This document shows positions 1 through 11,503 of a stretch of DNA of 64,000 nucleotides, piece by piece (within the stretch, counting starts at the first letter, position 1; every line of letters begins with the position of its first letter). The position numbers and the translations under genes are program-made. The stretch lies in NCBI GenBank assembly GCA_002269645.1, contig NIVC01000905.1:62001-126000 (forward strand), in the 5' to 3' direction. The DNA is from Macrostomum lignano (Eukaryota). The notes beneath the pieces were generated by a model. It did not search any database and had not been told where the DNA came from. It saw only the letters and a program-made list of their open reading frames with translations.

Positions 1-387
1 TGGCGAGATGAGAGAAGAAAGCAGAGGGAATAGAAGATTAGAGATGAGAGAAGTAGAGGAGAGGCGAGAGATGAATTGAGTTAAAAGATAAGAAAGAAGA
101 TAAAAGTAGAAGAGAGGAGAGAGTGGAGAGAGGGGAGGAGAGAGAAGAGGGTAGAGAAAAGAGAAGAGAGCTGAGAAGCGGCACAAGCCTTGAGCGGGCT
201 GGATTGCTATTGTGAAGTTTCAAAGGACCTAAGGGCCGGATACAGAGGTTTCGCGGGCCAAAGTTTGCCGACCTCTGTCTTAGGCAAATAAAATGATTAT
301 TGATAAGTATGGCGCTTTCTATCATCATACACTGGGAGAAAGTATTTCTACGACAGATATCAGAATTTAAATTTCAATGTATAGCCA

Positions 388-2200
388 CTAGTCATCATCG
401 TCGCGGTACGAATAACACCTGTAGCCAGTGACAGTGGCCGTATTGTAAGCTTCATCATCTTCGCACCTGCATGTGGCGAATTGGGCTTTCCCAGAACGAC
501 AATGCCGCCAAGACTGCCAGCTGCTCCAGTCTTTCCAGCCGCATGAGGGACCGGCTTCTCTTTGCCACCATTCTCGTGAACAGCTGTTTGACGAGCTCCT
601 GGTACAGTCGTTGTAGGTGCGAGTCCTACTTCGCACAATTTTATAGTTATATTTGCAGTCCTTGTACCAGTTGCCCCAGTTGCCCCAGTCACACCAGGCA
701 GTGTAGGCAGTGTCCGACTCGCTGCTCACCTCCGGGCCAGCCGACGCGCTGATTGGAGTGGAGCAGCCGCATTTGCGGACTCTCCTTCGAGTGAACTGCC
801 TGTTGCATCTGGGATCGTAGTTGTTCGCGTAGTACCAAGACTTCCTATAGCCTTTGTCACTCGTCCACTCGTTCCAGCCTTGCCAGTTGCACCAGTTCCA
901 AGTCTTCGGGGAATAAGGACAATTAACAATACTGGCTTTATCCTACTGAAAGTAGCCCTGTTGCATTTTTAAATAAAAATTAAATCCAGCAACACCTTAA
1001 AGCTTACCTGGGTGATGTTATCAACCGCGGCCGTCTCGATGGTCTCAGGCGGCCTGTCAATCGGGCAGCGGCAGCTCCTGGACCGGTGCCTGCTGTTCCA
1101 GTTCCCGCAGACCAGGCTGCCTTCGGACGAGTCGGTGGCCCACTCAGACCACTGGCACCAGCTGATGAAGCTGCCCTGCGTCTGGCTTTTGTCCTTCGCG
1201 CCCTGACACCAGCCGCTCACGGAGGCCCCTTCGTCAGTGGGGCAGGTGCACTGGCGGACGCGGGTTCGATTCACAAGCGCGTTGCAGATGTCGGAATCTC
1301 CGGTCGCACCAGAGGCGGTGGCCCAGTTGGTCCAGGACTGCCAGGTGCAGATGTCTGAGCAGGAGAAGTCGGTGTGCTTTCATGAATCAAAGTATACAGG
1401 AAACTGCTCGATTAAAGACCCACTCACCGTGGTACAGAGTGACAGAAGACCCACTCGCCGTGGTACAGAGTGACAGAAGATTCACTCAGCCTGGTACAGA
1501 GTGACAGAAGACCCACTCAATGTGTTACAGAGTGACAGAAGAACCACTCACCGTGGTAAAGAGTGACAGAAGATTCACTCAGCCTGGTACAGAGTGACAG
1601 AAGACCCACTCAATGTGTTACAGAGTGACAGAAGAACCACTCACCGTGGTAAAGAGTGACAGAAGATCCACTCACCGTGGTACAGAGTGACAGAAGACCC
1701 ACTCACCGTGGTACAGAGTGACAGAAGACCCACTCACCGTGGTACAGAGTGACAGAAGACCCTCTCACCGTGGTACAGAGTGACAGAAGACCCACTCACC
1801 GTGGTACAGAGTGACAGAAGACCCACTCACCGTGGTACAGCTTGACGAAGGCGGCTTTCCCAGCCGTGCCGTTGCCAGTCCAGTAGGTCTCGAACTGTCC
1901 CTGGTCAGCCAGGTGGCACAGGCCCGCACTGGCATTGAAGTAGTACGCGTGGCAGAAAGCCCACGCCCTGCACTTGGTCGCGCACTGGAGACTCCCCAGC
2001 CAGCTGGCGTTCATCCCCACCGGACCCACCAGCTTGATGGAGCCCGGACTCAGCGCCACGGCTGAGACCGCGGACTCGTTGGGGCCGCCGATTCCCGACG
2101 GCAGACGATCAGACGCGTTGAAGTTGAACTCCCTGACTGTGGAAGCGTCGGTCAGCCGTGCCGCAGTCAGGAGTACTAAGGTCGCCACCGAGAGGCCCAT
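388..2200 (-). CDS. Secreted PAN/Apple-like domain + about 5 thrombospondin type-1-like repeat protein, copy A; exons 2200-1831, 1354-1008, 903-388 (about 410 aa)
   Basis: Signal-peptide-like MGLSVATLVLLTAARLTDAS; PAN-like CATKCRAWAFCHAYYFNASAGLCHL; repeated WxxWxxW...RxRxRxC motifs. Donors G|GTGAGT (phase 1) and CAG|GTAAGC (phase 0) and acceptors ttctcctgctcag| and ccccgaag| join the exons in frame to a TAG ending at 388. Confidence 0.8.
1415..1841. repeat. 31-bp minisatellite (about 14 units) in intron 1 of copy A; each unit copies the exon1/intron1 junction
   Basis: Plus-strand unit TGACAGAAGACCCACTCACCGTGGTACAGAG; on the coding strand CTCTGTACCACG|GTGAGTGGGTCTTCTGTCA. Confidence 0.95.
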
Positions 2201-2764
2201 CAGGCTGTGCTTGCTGAAGTTGCCGATTGCTGTGTTGCTGAGTGACAAAACTTTTCTCTCCTGCTTCTGGCCCGTCTCCCACCTCGGGCTCAGGTGTTTT
2301 ATGCACCGGCTTGATGCGTCTCTTTGTTTTGTTGGTTGCCATGGAAACAGCGCTTTTGGGCGATTCCGTGGGCGGCTACGGAGGTGGGAGAAGCTGAATA
2401 ATAATTGCACAGGAATTCAGACGCTGTCAATGCGGAATGACTCCGAGAAGCCAGCATCCGTTATTTTCTGATCGCAAATAGGGAAAAAATCCGCGAATCC
2501 ATTCCAGACCATGTTTCCCATCAGGCATTTGACAAAATTTAGTCAGTTTTACCTGTTACATATCCGGGTTGCTGAAAAAACAGTACAGAATAAATTAGCA
2601 CTCACCAAATAACGATTTATCCTGTCATCCCAGCTGGATCGCGTGTATGCCTAGGTTCGGGAAAAAGGTTCTAAAGAATTCGTGCAGGTTATTGTTACAT
2701 GTGCATGCGGATTGAAACAAAAAATATGAATATAAAAAACTAAATAACTTTTAGAGCGTCCGAC

Positions 2765-2840
2765 TCACGACTTGAAGGTCGGAGGCTCGATTCCCGACTT
2801 TACTGGAACAATATGTGTCCTTGAGCAAGAGACACTGCGT
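2765..2840 (+). mobile_element. tRNA-derived SINE fragment
   Basis: B-box-like GGCTCGATTCCC followed by GTGTCCTTGAGCAAGAGACACT, shared with the copy at 10315-10500. Confidence 0.55.
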
Positions 2841-3290
2841 TTTTACAACTGCGCTGAGGCTTTAGGAGATGGGCCTCTGGCAAAGATGGAGCCCTTTCTG
2901 CACAGCGTAAAGCATCTGTGCAATTACATGCCACGGCAGCGACTGTCGGTTGATGAGACACTCGTTTTGTACAAGGGCAGAGTTGCTTTTAAACAGTACA
3001 TTCCAACAAAGAAAAGTAAATATGGAATTAAAATGTCTTGTATCTGTGAGAGTGAGAGTGCGTACTTATGGAACTTCATCGTCCACACATTCCCTGAGGT
3101 CAATAATCAGTTCGGTGAAGGCCTCGGGTGTCAGGACTTGACGATGAGTGCGAAGGTTGTTGCAGAACTGTGCCGCGGTTTGCTGTATCTTGGACACCAC
3201 GTCTTCACCGACCGTTGGTTTACGTCTCAGCGGCTGGCTACTTGGCTGCTGCAGCATGATACACTGCTAACCGGGATAGTACGGAAAACC
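2840..3290 (+). pseudogene. piggyBac (PGBD4-like, DDE_Tnp_1_7) transposase fragment
   Basis: LSVDETLVLYKGRVAFKQYIPTKKSKYGIK and VFTDRWFTS...LTGIVRK motifs; truncated at both ends. Confidence 0.85.
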
Positions 3291-6069
3291 GCGGTATCCC
3301 AGCTGAACTGCAAGCTGCCAACCTACATCCGACTTCACCTGGTTACAGATAGTCCAGAAATTGTCCTGGTTACAGAAACTACTAATATGGGACGTAGGAA
3401 TCAGAAAACAGTAGAAGAGGGTAGGGTCATGAGCACAGGGGTAGAGGTGAGGGAATTACAATAGGATTCGCACAGTGATAACCGCAGGCGCAGAGACGGG
3501 GCGGCAGGGAGTGTTAGTGTTAGAGATGGCGAGGATTCGCAATCAATCCAGGGACCCGGTCTCTCAGCTCCTAGACCTCAGTCCTAGCACCAACGCCCCT
3601 CGAAATAAAATAATATATTTGTTGCATTATCGTGGATAGAAATTACATTATTCCGTACTTAATTTGGAGTTATAATAAATTTATATGCTTTTTGCTTTTA
3701 GATTATCCGTTTCTTTCTAGTTTTCTAAAAGCTTTCTAAAATCAACTCCACAGAAAATGACGTGACAGCGTGACAATTGTGACAGCTTCCCTCCAGTTTT
3801 GACCAGTAAAGAAATGACCCCACTTCACTATGTTCTAGTATAACTTAAGTCGTTAACTTTTAAACAGAAGAAAAATATATGAATATTTGAAATTACTTTG
3901 TTTTGTTACAGTCTATATTTTCTAAGTGCGTTTTCACTATCTTATTGGCCACTACTTGACCCGGTTTCGGGCCACATAAGTCCAGAACGGGTGTGCCAAT
4001 TTTGCTGGTCTTTTGGCCATAGATATAAAAAAAATTCCCCGTTGGGTTTGGGTGTTGAGCCATGACCCGAATTCGGGCAATCCGTCTGCTCATGGTTAAC
4101 AAAGGCAACGCATCTGAACAATTGAACAATTTTTTCTCAGCAAAAGTCAGCAGAGCGTGTCCCCAGCAGTTTTTTCCGAGGACTAGCGACACGTATGTTA
4201 CGAGCTAGCATGGAGCGGAGACTGAGAGAGGTTCAGTTCTCCCTGCAGCTTTTCTTGTTGAAGCTTGTGCAGCAACTCATAATGACAAGCTGTGTGTATA
4301 GCTAAGCTACAGGAGCATTTTGGGCCTAGGAGCAGGGCCTCTTTGAATTACCTGCTAAAGCTTATTATTATATACTAAGGAAATTTGTCACGATACTGTG
4401 TTAAACAAGAAATCTTTCTTCGGTTTACCTGAGTTTGTATGCCAGCTACTAAACCTATTAGACTAAAGTTTTTGGAAGGTTCTATATATTCAAAGTAACC
4501 ACCCCAGGCCCAGTCTTAAAGACATAATTCTTGTAGTTATAGTATTCGTATTTTATTATTAGTTGTCACTAGGTGGCACACAATTCAATGCGTTTACAAT
4601 TCATCGATCGCATTGATATTTTAAATGGTACTACATATGACTGCGCATTGCTGGAACATGCAAGCCTTTTGTTCCACGTAACTATAGTTATTATTATTCC
4701 CATTCTAATATATACAAGGCAATAGCCACTGCAGCTGCCCTTCCTGGAAACTGTATTACTGTATTAGTCCTAAACGTCAGCTATTTTTCCTGATGTACAC
4801 CTGGTCTTTAATTCCTTTCGTCTATGTACACTAATACACTAATGTACACTAATGTACACTAATACACTAATACACTAGTACACTAGGTACGTCCTCGTAC
4901 CTACTTACTCTTTCAAAACTTGCAGGACACAACTATACGCGTAGTGTACGTAGTTTACGTACGTGTGACGACTGCATGGCTTCCTCTGGTCTCTCAAAAT
5001 CTACATGCCAAAAATTCAATTCCTATATAGAAGTCTAGAAAGCCAGCTGCCAGACCAATAGGGTTAGAATTGGTGACGCACGCATAGAGAGAACAATTAA
5101 CATTTTAAAGACTTTTTCACAAGCAGCTCTCCTTATCTACTTCAACAAAATTTTAGACTACATGCATGCCTGACATCGGCCCCCCTCTGACGCGAGGTTT
5201 AAAATAGGCTTGTTATAACTGTTGCTTTTCAAATGCAATTGCTTTCCAATCACAATAGACTAAATCTCTAAGGTTTGTCTACAGCCTGAATGCCTGAACC
5301 GATTTTTTTCTAACTTGCTTTATTCAATTGCAAATTCTTGTGAGATTGTGTGGATTTAATTGTATTGAAAAATTCGAATGGGAAGATGGTTAAATATTCG
5401 AAAAACGAGTTTTCCCAATGCTTTCAATTGGAGGCTAGAAAAGGTCAAAATCTTGACTAACTGAATAGCAATTCCAATTAAGATTGCGCCACAACTTTTC
5501 TCTCTTCATTGTGTAGTAGGCCTCAGTACTGGATGCAGCAAGGGAGAGGAAAATAATGCTCAGTGGCGGCGTGTGTACATTCTGCTCTGGCTGACTGCAT
5601 AGACAATTGCTATTTATAGATTTCACTCAATTTTGCATTGGCTCTGCCTGCACAACCTGTGCACACTGAGCAGCCTATCACTGCTATGTATTTGACTGCA
5701 GTGCCGAAGCATTTATGGCTGATTTTTGCGCCCAGTAGACGGAATAGCCGCAGTGTAGGCACTAGGACTAGGTTTAGGCTAGGCGTAAGGTCCAAGGTTC
5801 GAGTCTGCCTCCTCGGCGGAGGATTAAAATTAAATTAATTTATTCATTTATAGCTTCGGGCTCAACTAATAGGAATATTTTTGTTGAATTCGCAACGCAC
5901 ACTTAATGAATAATATTTGCCATACAAAATTATTCAAATTTACTAAGCAAATTTGATTTGTAAAAAAAGTGCTTTGAGCATTACTTATCGCATTAATGGG
6001 TATTGCCTAGCTCCATGAAAGTATCAAATTGCTAAGCTGCTAAATTTATTGTTAAAATGAAGGCTGAAT

Positions 6070-7560
6070 TGTGAAAAAACTGCCGATATGTATCGAAAAT
6101 TGATTAGTGAACCGTAATAAATGCTGAGAAAAAATTAAGATTCTTGAAAGGATCCTTTATTTTTCAGTTTGCTGAGGATACTAAGGAGACGGCCGAGAGG
6201 AGAACTGCAGATGCTGAGGGGAACTGCAGATTGGCGAAAAGGTCATTCATGCAGACTGCAAAGGGGACAAACTGAAAACTGCTGAGGTAGTTCCTCCAGA
6301 CTTTTAAGCATATAGCTGAAAACTGCTGAGGGGAGCTGCTTGGAGGATTGGTAGACTTCTGAGCAAGACAACTCTCAGAGAGGATAGGATAGGAAGACAT
6401 CAGTTTCAAAACTGTACAGTTTAAGTGATTAAGTGCAGGTTGTTTAGGGGATTACTGTGGACTGCTGAGTGAATTATTATGGTTTGCTGACGGGACAGTT
6501 CCAGGCTGCTGAGGGGATAAATGCTTAATGTTAATGAAAGTTATAGACTGCAAGGGGATAACTCCAGGCTGCTAAGATAATGACTGCAGTCTGTTTTGTG
6601 GGATTAGAAGGGATAATTTCAGGTTGTTGTGGGCATATCTCAGGAATTGCTGAGATGTCATGGCTTTTTGGGGCAATTTCTGAGATTTCAAGGCCCATGG
6701 GGAATTGCTGATATGCCATGGCTTACTGGAAGAATTGCTTGAATTGAGGTTTCAAAGGCTTATGGGGGGACTGCTGAGATTGCTTTCTTTTGGGGGATGC
6801 TTGCTATTTAGGAATGAAGGTATTGCTTAATGCTGATTTGTGCAAAACACTGCCGATATGTATCGAAAATTGATTAGTGAACCGTACTACATTGTGAGCA
6901 AATTTTTATTGTTGAAAATATCATTGCAGTTTGCTAAGCAGGAGACTGAGGAGCCGGCCGACAGAAGAACTGCAGATTGTCAAAAGGTTCATTGCAGACT
7001 GCAAAGGGGACAAACTACAAACTGCTAAGGTAGTTCCTCCAGACATATAGATCATATCGTCTGGAGGATCATATCATAGATGTAAAGATGTGAGATGTGC
7101 AGACGGAGTTCCTCCAGACCATATTCTTTGCTCTTTTATCTTTGCTCCCGACTTATGAGCGTATAGCTGCAAACTGCTGAGGAGGTAACTGTGGACTACT
7201 GTGGACTTCTGAGTAAATTATTGTTTACTGTGGGGACAATCCTAGGCCACTAGAGTATGACTGAAGCCTGTTTTTTTGGGATTGGAAGGGATAATTTCAG
7301 GTTGTTGTGGAGACATCTCAGGAATTGCTGAGATGTCAAGGCTTATTGGTTGATTTGATGAGATTTCATGGCTTTTTTGGGATAATTTCTGAGATTTCAA
7401 GGCTCATGGGAATTGCTCAGATGTCAAGGCTTACTGGGGTAATTGCTGAGATGTCAAGGCATACTGGGGGACTTGCTGAGATGTCAAGGCTCATGAGGAT
7501 GGCTGAATTGTTGAGATATCAAGGCTCATGGGGGATGGCTGAATTGTTGGGGGGAGGGGG
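6070..7560. repeat. Two tandem degenerate units of about 770 bp, each ending in a GCTGAGATGTCAAGG-type minisatellite of about 30 bp
   Basis: TGCCGATATGTATCGAAAATTGATTAGTGAACCGTA recurs at about 6081 and 6851, with collinear similarity after it. Confidence 0.75.
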
Positions 7561-8078
7561 TTAGGTTGTTGAGCGATTGTCAGATCGTCAAGTAGTACGG
7601 CTCAAGTAGCTCATTTAATTCAGATAGTAAAAAGTACACACAGGTGATGCTGAATTCTGCTGGTAGGAAATACCAGCGTATTTATTAAAGGTTTGATTCT
7701 TTGAGTTAGGCTAATAAAGAGGGGGTCAAAGGCCGTCAGGGATTGGCATATTGAGCTCCTGCTGCGGACCAGAGTATGCCCAGGCCAATGACGATATGCA
7801 CTAAGAGTTTGTGCTTGAAAGGATAAGCACTATTTGCTGATTGAAAAAGGGTTTTGGGCTAATGAAAGAAACTTTTTTGCTGGTGAAAGTTTTGATTCAT
7901 AGCAATTTATTTTTATCAAAATGAGGAAAAGTAATTTTTGATTAATTGAAATGAAAAATAATGGTTACTGTTGGGCCAAAATAAAGACCACCTGGTGTCA
8001 TTTTAAAGCCCCCAGCGGGGGGCTAAATGGCTAGTCAGATATACTAAAAATGAAAACTATATGTATATATATATATAT

Positions 8079-8721
8079 GCAGTCTGTATCAGTTTCAATT
8101 AAAGTCAACATAGTTTCACAATCTAAATCTAGCTAGTCTCGTGCAATGCTTCCACGCAGAGTTACAATTCAGCTGTGACGCAATCTATTTCAGAATCAGC
8201 ATTCAACCAGTCAGTTTTTTCTCTAGCACTCATACAATGCTTTTCAAGTCGAAAGTTCTGCTTGACCTTTACAAAAAGCATGTTTTTCGAATATTTAATG
8301 CCTTTAGCATCGAGCAATTTCTTAGGCAAGATGCATGTACCGAGACGCGAAAATTTCTTCCATTGGCTTAATGTAAAATAGCCGTATTGTCGTCGTTTAA
8401 GTGAACGCGTTGTCCGATTTTTTTTTCAAATTTGCACCATTCGATCAGAAATTTTCGCGTCTCGGTACATGCATCTTGGCTAAGAAATTGCTCGATGCTA
8501 AAGGCATTAAATATTCGAAAAACATGCTTTTTTGTAAAGGTCAAGCAGAACTTTCGACGTGAAAAGCATTGTATGAATGCTAGAGAGAAAACTGACTGGT
8601 TGAATACTGAAATAGATTGCGTCACAGCTGAATTGTAATTCTGCGTGGAAGCATTGCACGAGACTAGCTAGATTTAGATTGCGTAACTATGTTGACTTTA
8701 ATTGAAACTGATACAGACTGC
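8079..8721. mobile_element. Foldback/MITE-like element with inverted arms of about 280 bp and a spacer of about 90 bp
   Basis: 8079-8359 is a near-perfect reverse complement of 8447-8721 (termini GCAGTCTGTATCAG...CTGATACAGACTGC); no clear TSD. Confidence 0.8.
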
Positions 8722-8984
8722 CCGAGAAATTGATTATGTAATAACTGCTATGCTTGGAGCATTAAAAGTTTGAAATTTATATATAAGTTATAAAATTCAT
8801 GTTACCATAACGATGCGAGCTAGCTTACATGTGAACAGACTGAACTGCAAATGCAGCGACGTGGGTTCGAAATTTTAGAGTCTAGAGATTTTTATTAAAT
8901 TTTTTAACGTCAAGAAATCTAAAGAAACTTTAAAAAGCGCCGGATTAAAAACAAGAAGCGTCATGTAATTCATAAAAATAATCT

Positions 8985-9685
8985 CAAAGCAGATCTTCAA
9001 TAATCTCATAGTAGCTCTCCAATAATCTCATAGCAGCTCTCAAACAGTCTCATAGCAGCTTTGCAATAATCTCATAGCATCTTTTTAACAATCTCATAAC
9101 AGCTCTTCAATAATCTCATAGCAGCTTTGCAATAATCTCATAAAAGCTCTTCAATAATCTCATAGCAGCGCTTCAATAATCTCATAGCAGCTCTTAAATA
9201 ATCCCATAGCAGCTTTGAAATATTCTCATAGCAGTTCTTCAATAATCTCACAGCCGCTTTGCAATAATCTCATATCAGCTTTGCAATATTCTTATAGCAG
9301 CTTTGCAAAAATCTCATAGCAGCTCTTCCATAATCTCATAGCAATAATCTCATAGCAGCTTTGCAATAATCTGATAGCAGCTTTGCAATAATCTGATAGC
9401 AGCTTTACAATAATCTCATAGCAGCTTTGAAATATTCTTATAGCAGCTCTTCAAAAATCTCAATGCAGCTTTGCAATAATCTCATAGAAGCTCTTCAATA
9501 ATCTCATAGCAGCTCCTCAATAATCTCATAGCAGCTCTTTAATAATCTCATAGTAGCTTTCAAATAATCTCATAGTAGCTCTCAAATAATTTCATAGCAG
9601 CTCTTCCATAATCTCATAGCAATAATCTCATAGCAGCTCTGCAATAATGTCATAACAGCTTTGCAATAATCCCATAGCAGCTCTT
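8985..9685. repeat. 22-bp minisatellite CAATAATCTCATAGCAGCTCTT
   Basis: About 30 tandem degenerate copies. Confidence 0.9.
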
Positions 9686-9689
9686 TAAG

Positions 9690-10220
9690 AGGGAATTTAT
9701 GAGATGTCAAGTCTTGTGGGGAAAAATTGCTGAGATTTCAAGGCTTGTGGGGCATTTTTGAGATGTTATGAGACATCAAGGCTCAAGAGTGAATTACTGA
9801 GATGTCAAGTCTTGGGGGACTACTGAGATTTGTAGCCTTGGGGGAATTACTGATATGTCAAGTCTTGGGGGACTGCTAGGATGTGTAGGCTTGGGGGAAT
9901 TACTGAGATGTCAAGTCTTAGGGAGATTGCTGAATGCTGAGATTTGTAGCCTTGGGGGAATTACTGATATGTCAAGTCTTGGGGGACTGCTGAGATGTGT
10001 AGGCTTGGGGGAATTACTGAGATGTCAAGTCTTCAAGTCTTACGGGGATTGCTGAATGCTGAGATGTGTAGGCTTGGGGGAATTACTGAGATGTCAAGTC
10101 TTCAAGTCTTACGGGGATTGCTGAATGCTGAGATGTGTAGGCTTGGGGGAATTACTGAGATGTCAAGTCTTGAGGGATTGCTGAGATGTCTAGGCTTGGG
10201 GGAATGGCAGAAATGTCAAG
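9690..10220. repeat. Composite minisatellite GGGGAATTACTGAGATGTCAAGTCTT and variants
   Basis: Tandem copies related to the arrays at about 6620-6780 and 7310-7560. Confidence 0.85.
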
Positions 10221-10314
10221 GGAAGATCATGATTTATTGAAGGATTTGCATGATTTGTCTAGGCAATTTATTCACTGCATAGAATGTGTTTAGCTTCAAG
10301 CCCTATTCTACATC

Positions 10315-10500
10315 TGCTTGGTCGGGGATTCGATCCCACTGGAACAATTTGTGTCCTTGAGCAAGACACTTAACTATGCATTGCTTCAGCTCACCCAGCT
10401 GTAAAATGGGTGCTAGAATTAGCTGGGGTAACTGAGTTTGTGTGTGGCGACCCCCCCCCCCCCGACCTTGGACTGAACAGTCGTACGCAGCCTTCAGATG
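10315..10500 (+). mobile_element. tRNA-derived SINE with CORE/Meta-like central domain
   Basis: GGGATTCGATCCC B-box, then GTCCTTGAGCAAGACACTTAAC...CAGCTGTAAAATGGG, resembling the conserved central domain of CORE-type SINEs. Confidence 0.6.
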
Positions 10501-11503
10501 CGCTGCGCAATAGCTGCGGCTGAGCTGTCGGTTGCACGTCTGCCCATTATGCCAAGTGTTTTGTCAAAGCTCGTAGGTAAATATATTAGTACTAAATATA
10601 AGGTAAAAATAAGATAACTTTATAACGTAAGGTACTAAATAAAAGGTAAAAACTTTGTGGGTAATTAACGGGTTTTACATCAAGGATTACAAGGAACCAG
10701 GAACACATTGCGCGCGCCTTGTTCTGAGAATGTGTAACCAAATTCATTGACAATAATTTCCCCTAGAAAACTGTAGTTTGTTTCCTTCTGGTGGCCACTT
10801 TACTTTTAAACTTCATTATTTAGTGCATGCAGTCTCTACTGTAGCTATAGGAAACTCGTTCCAACTTGGTTTGAAATGCCACATTTTAGGAATTGTTTAA
10901 CCAAACTACAGTGTACTCGTAAGAGCGTATAGCCAATTTTTCGTGATAGTCTCTATATATTTGAAAGCAAAAAGGTATTCTATTCTTATAAATAGTAGAG
11001 TCACTACTGTCTAGAGTTGAAGCTGAAATAGTAACCGTATTAAAAAATAGCGTTTTCTGGTTGTTAAACATATCTCGGTGGCGAGTTGGGCAAACTTTTT
11101 TACCACAAGGGCCAGATAAAGAATCCAGCTCGGGGCTGATTAAAAGCAGATTAAAAGAGAAAAGAGGAGAGATGGGAGGGAGGATGGGGAGAGAGGAGAG
11201 GGGAGAGAGGAGAAGAGAGAGGGGATAGAGGGGAGGAGAGAGAAGAGAGAGGAGAGCTGAGAAGAGAAACAAGCCTTGAGCGGGCCGAATTGCTATTGTG
11301 AAGTTTCAAAGTAACTGACTGCCGGATAGAGAGGCTTCGGGGGCCGCATGTGGCCCGTGGGACGGAGTCTGGTGACCCCTGTCTTAAAATATAATAATAA
11401 TTATGGCATGATCTATCATAGACTGGGAAAAGTAATTCTACTGCAGATGTCAGAGTTTATATACGCGATTTTGCGACTAAAATGTAATGTGGCTTTACGA
11501 AAG

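Noticed and set aside
1415-1841. CRISPR-like array (31-bp repeats; likewise the 28-bp array at 29425-30050)
   Set aside because: Units are directly adjacent with no unique spacers, there are no cas genes, and the context is eukaryotic.
5740-5830. tRNA gene
   Set aside because: Only a B-box-like GGTTCGAGTC; no cloverleaf can be formed, so at most a decayed SINE head.
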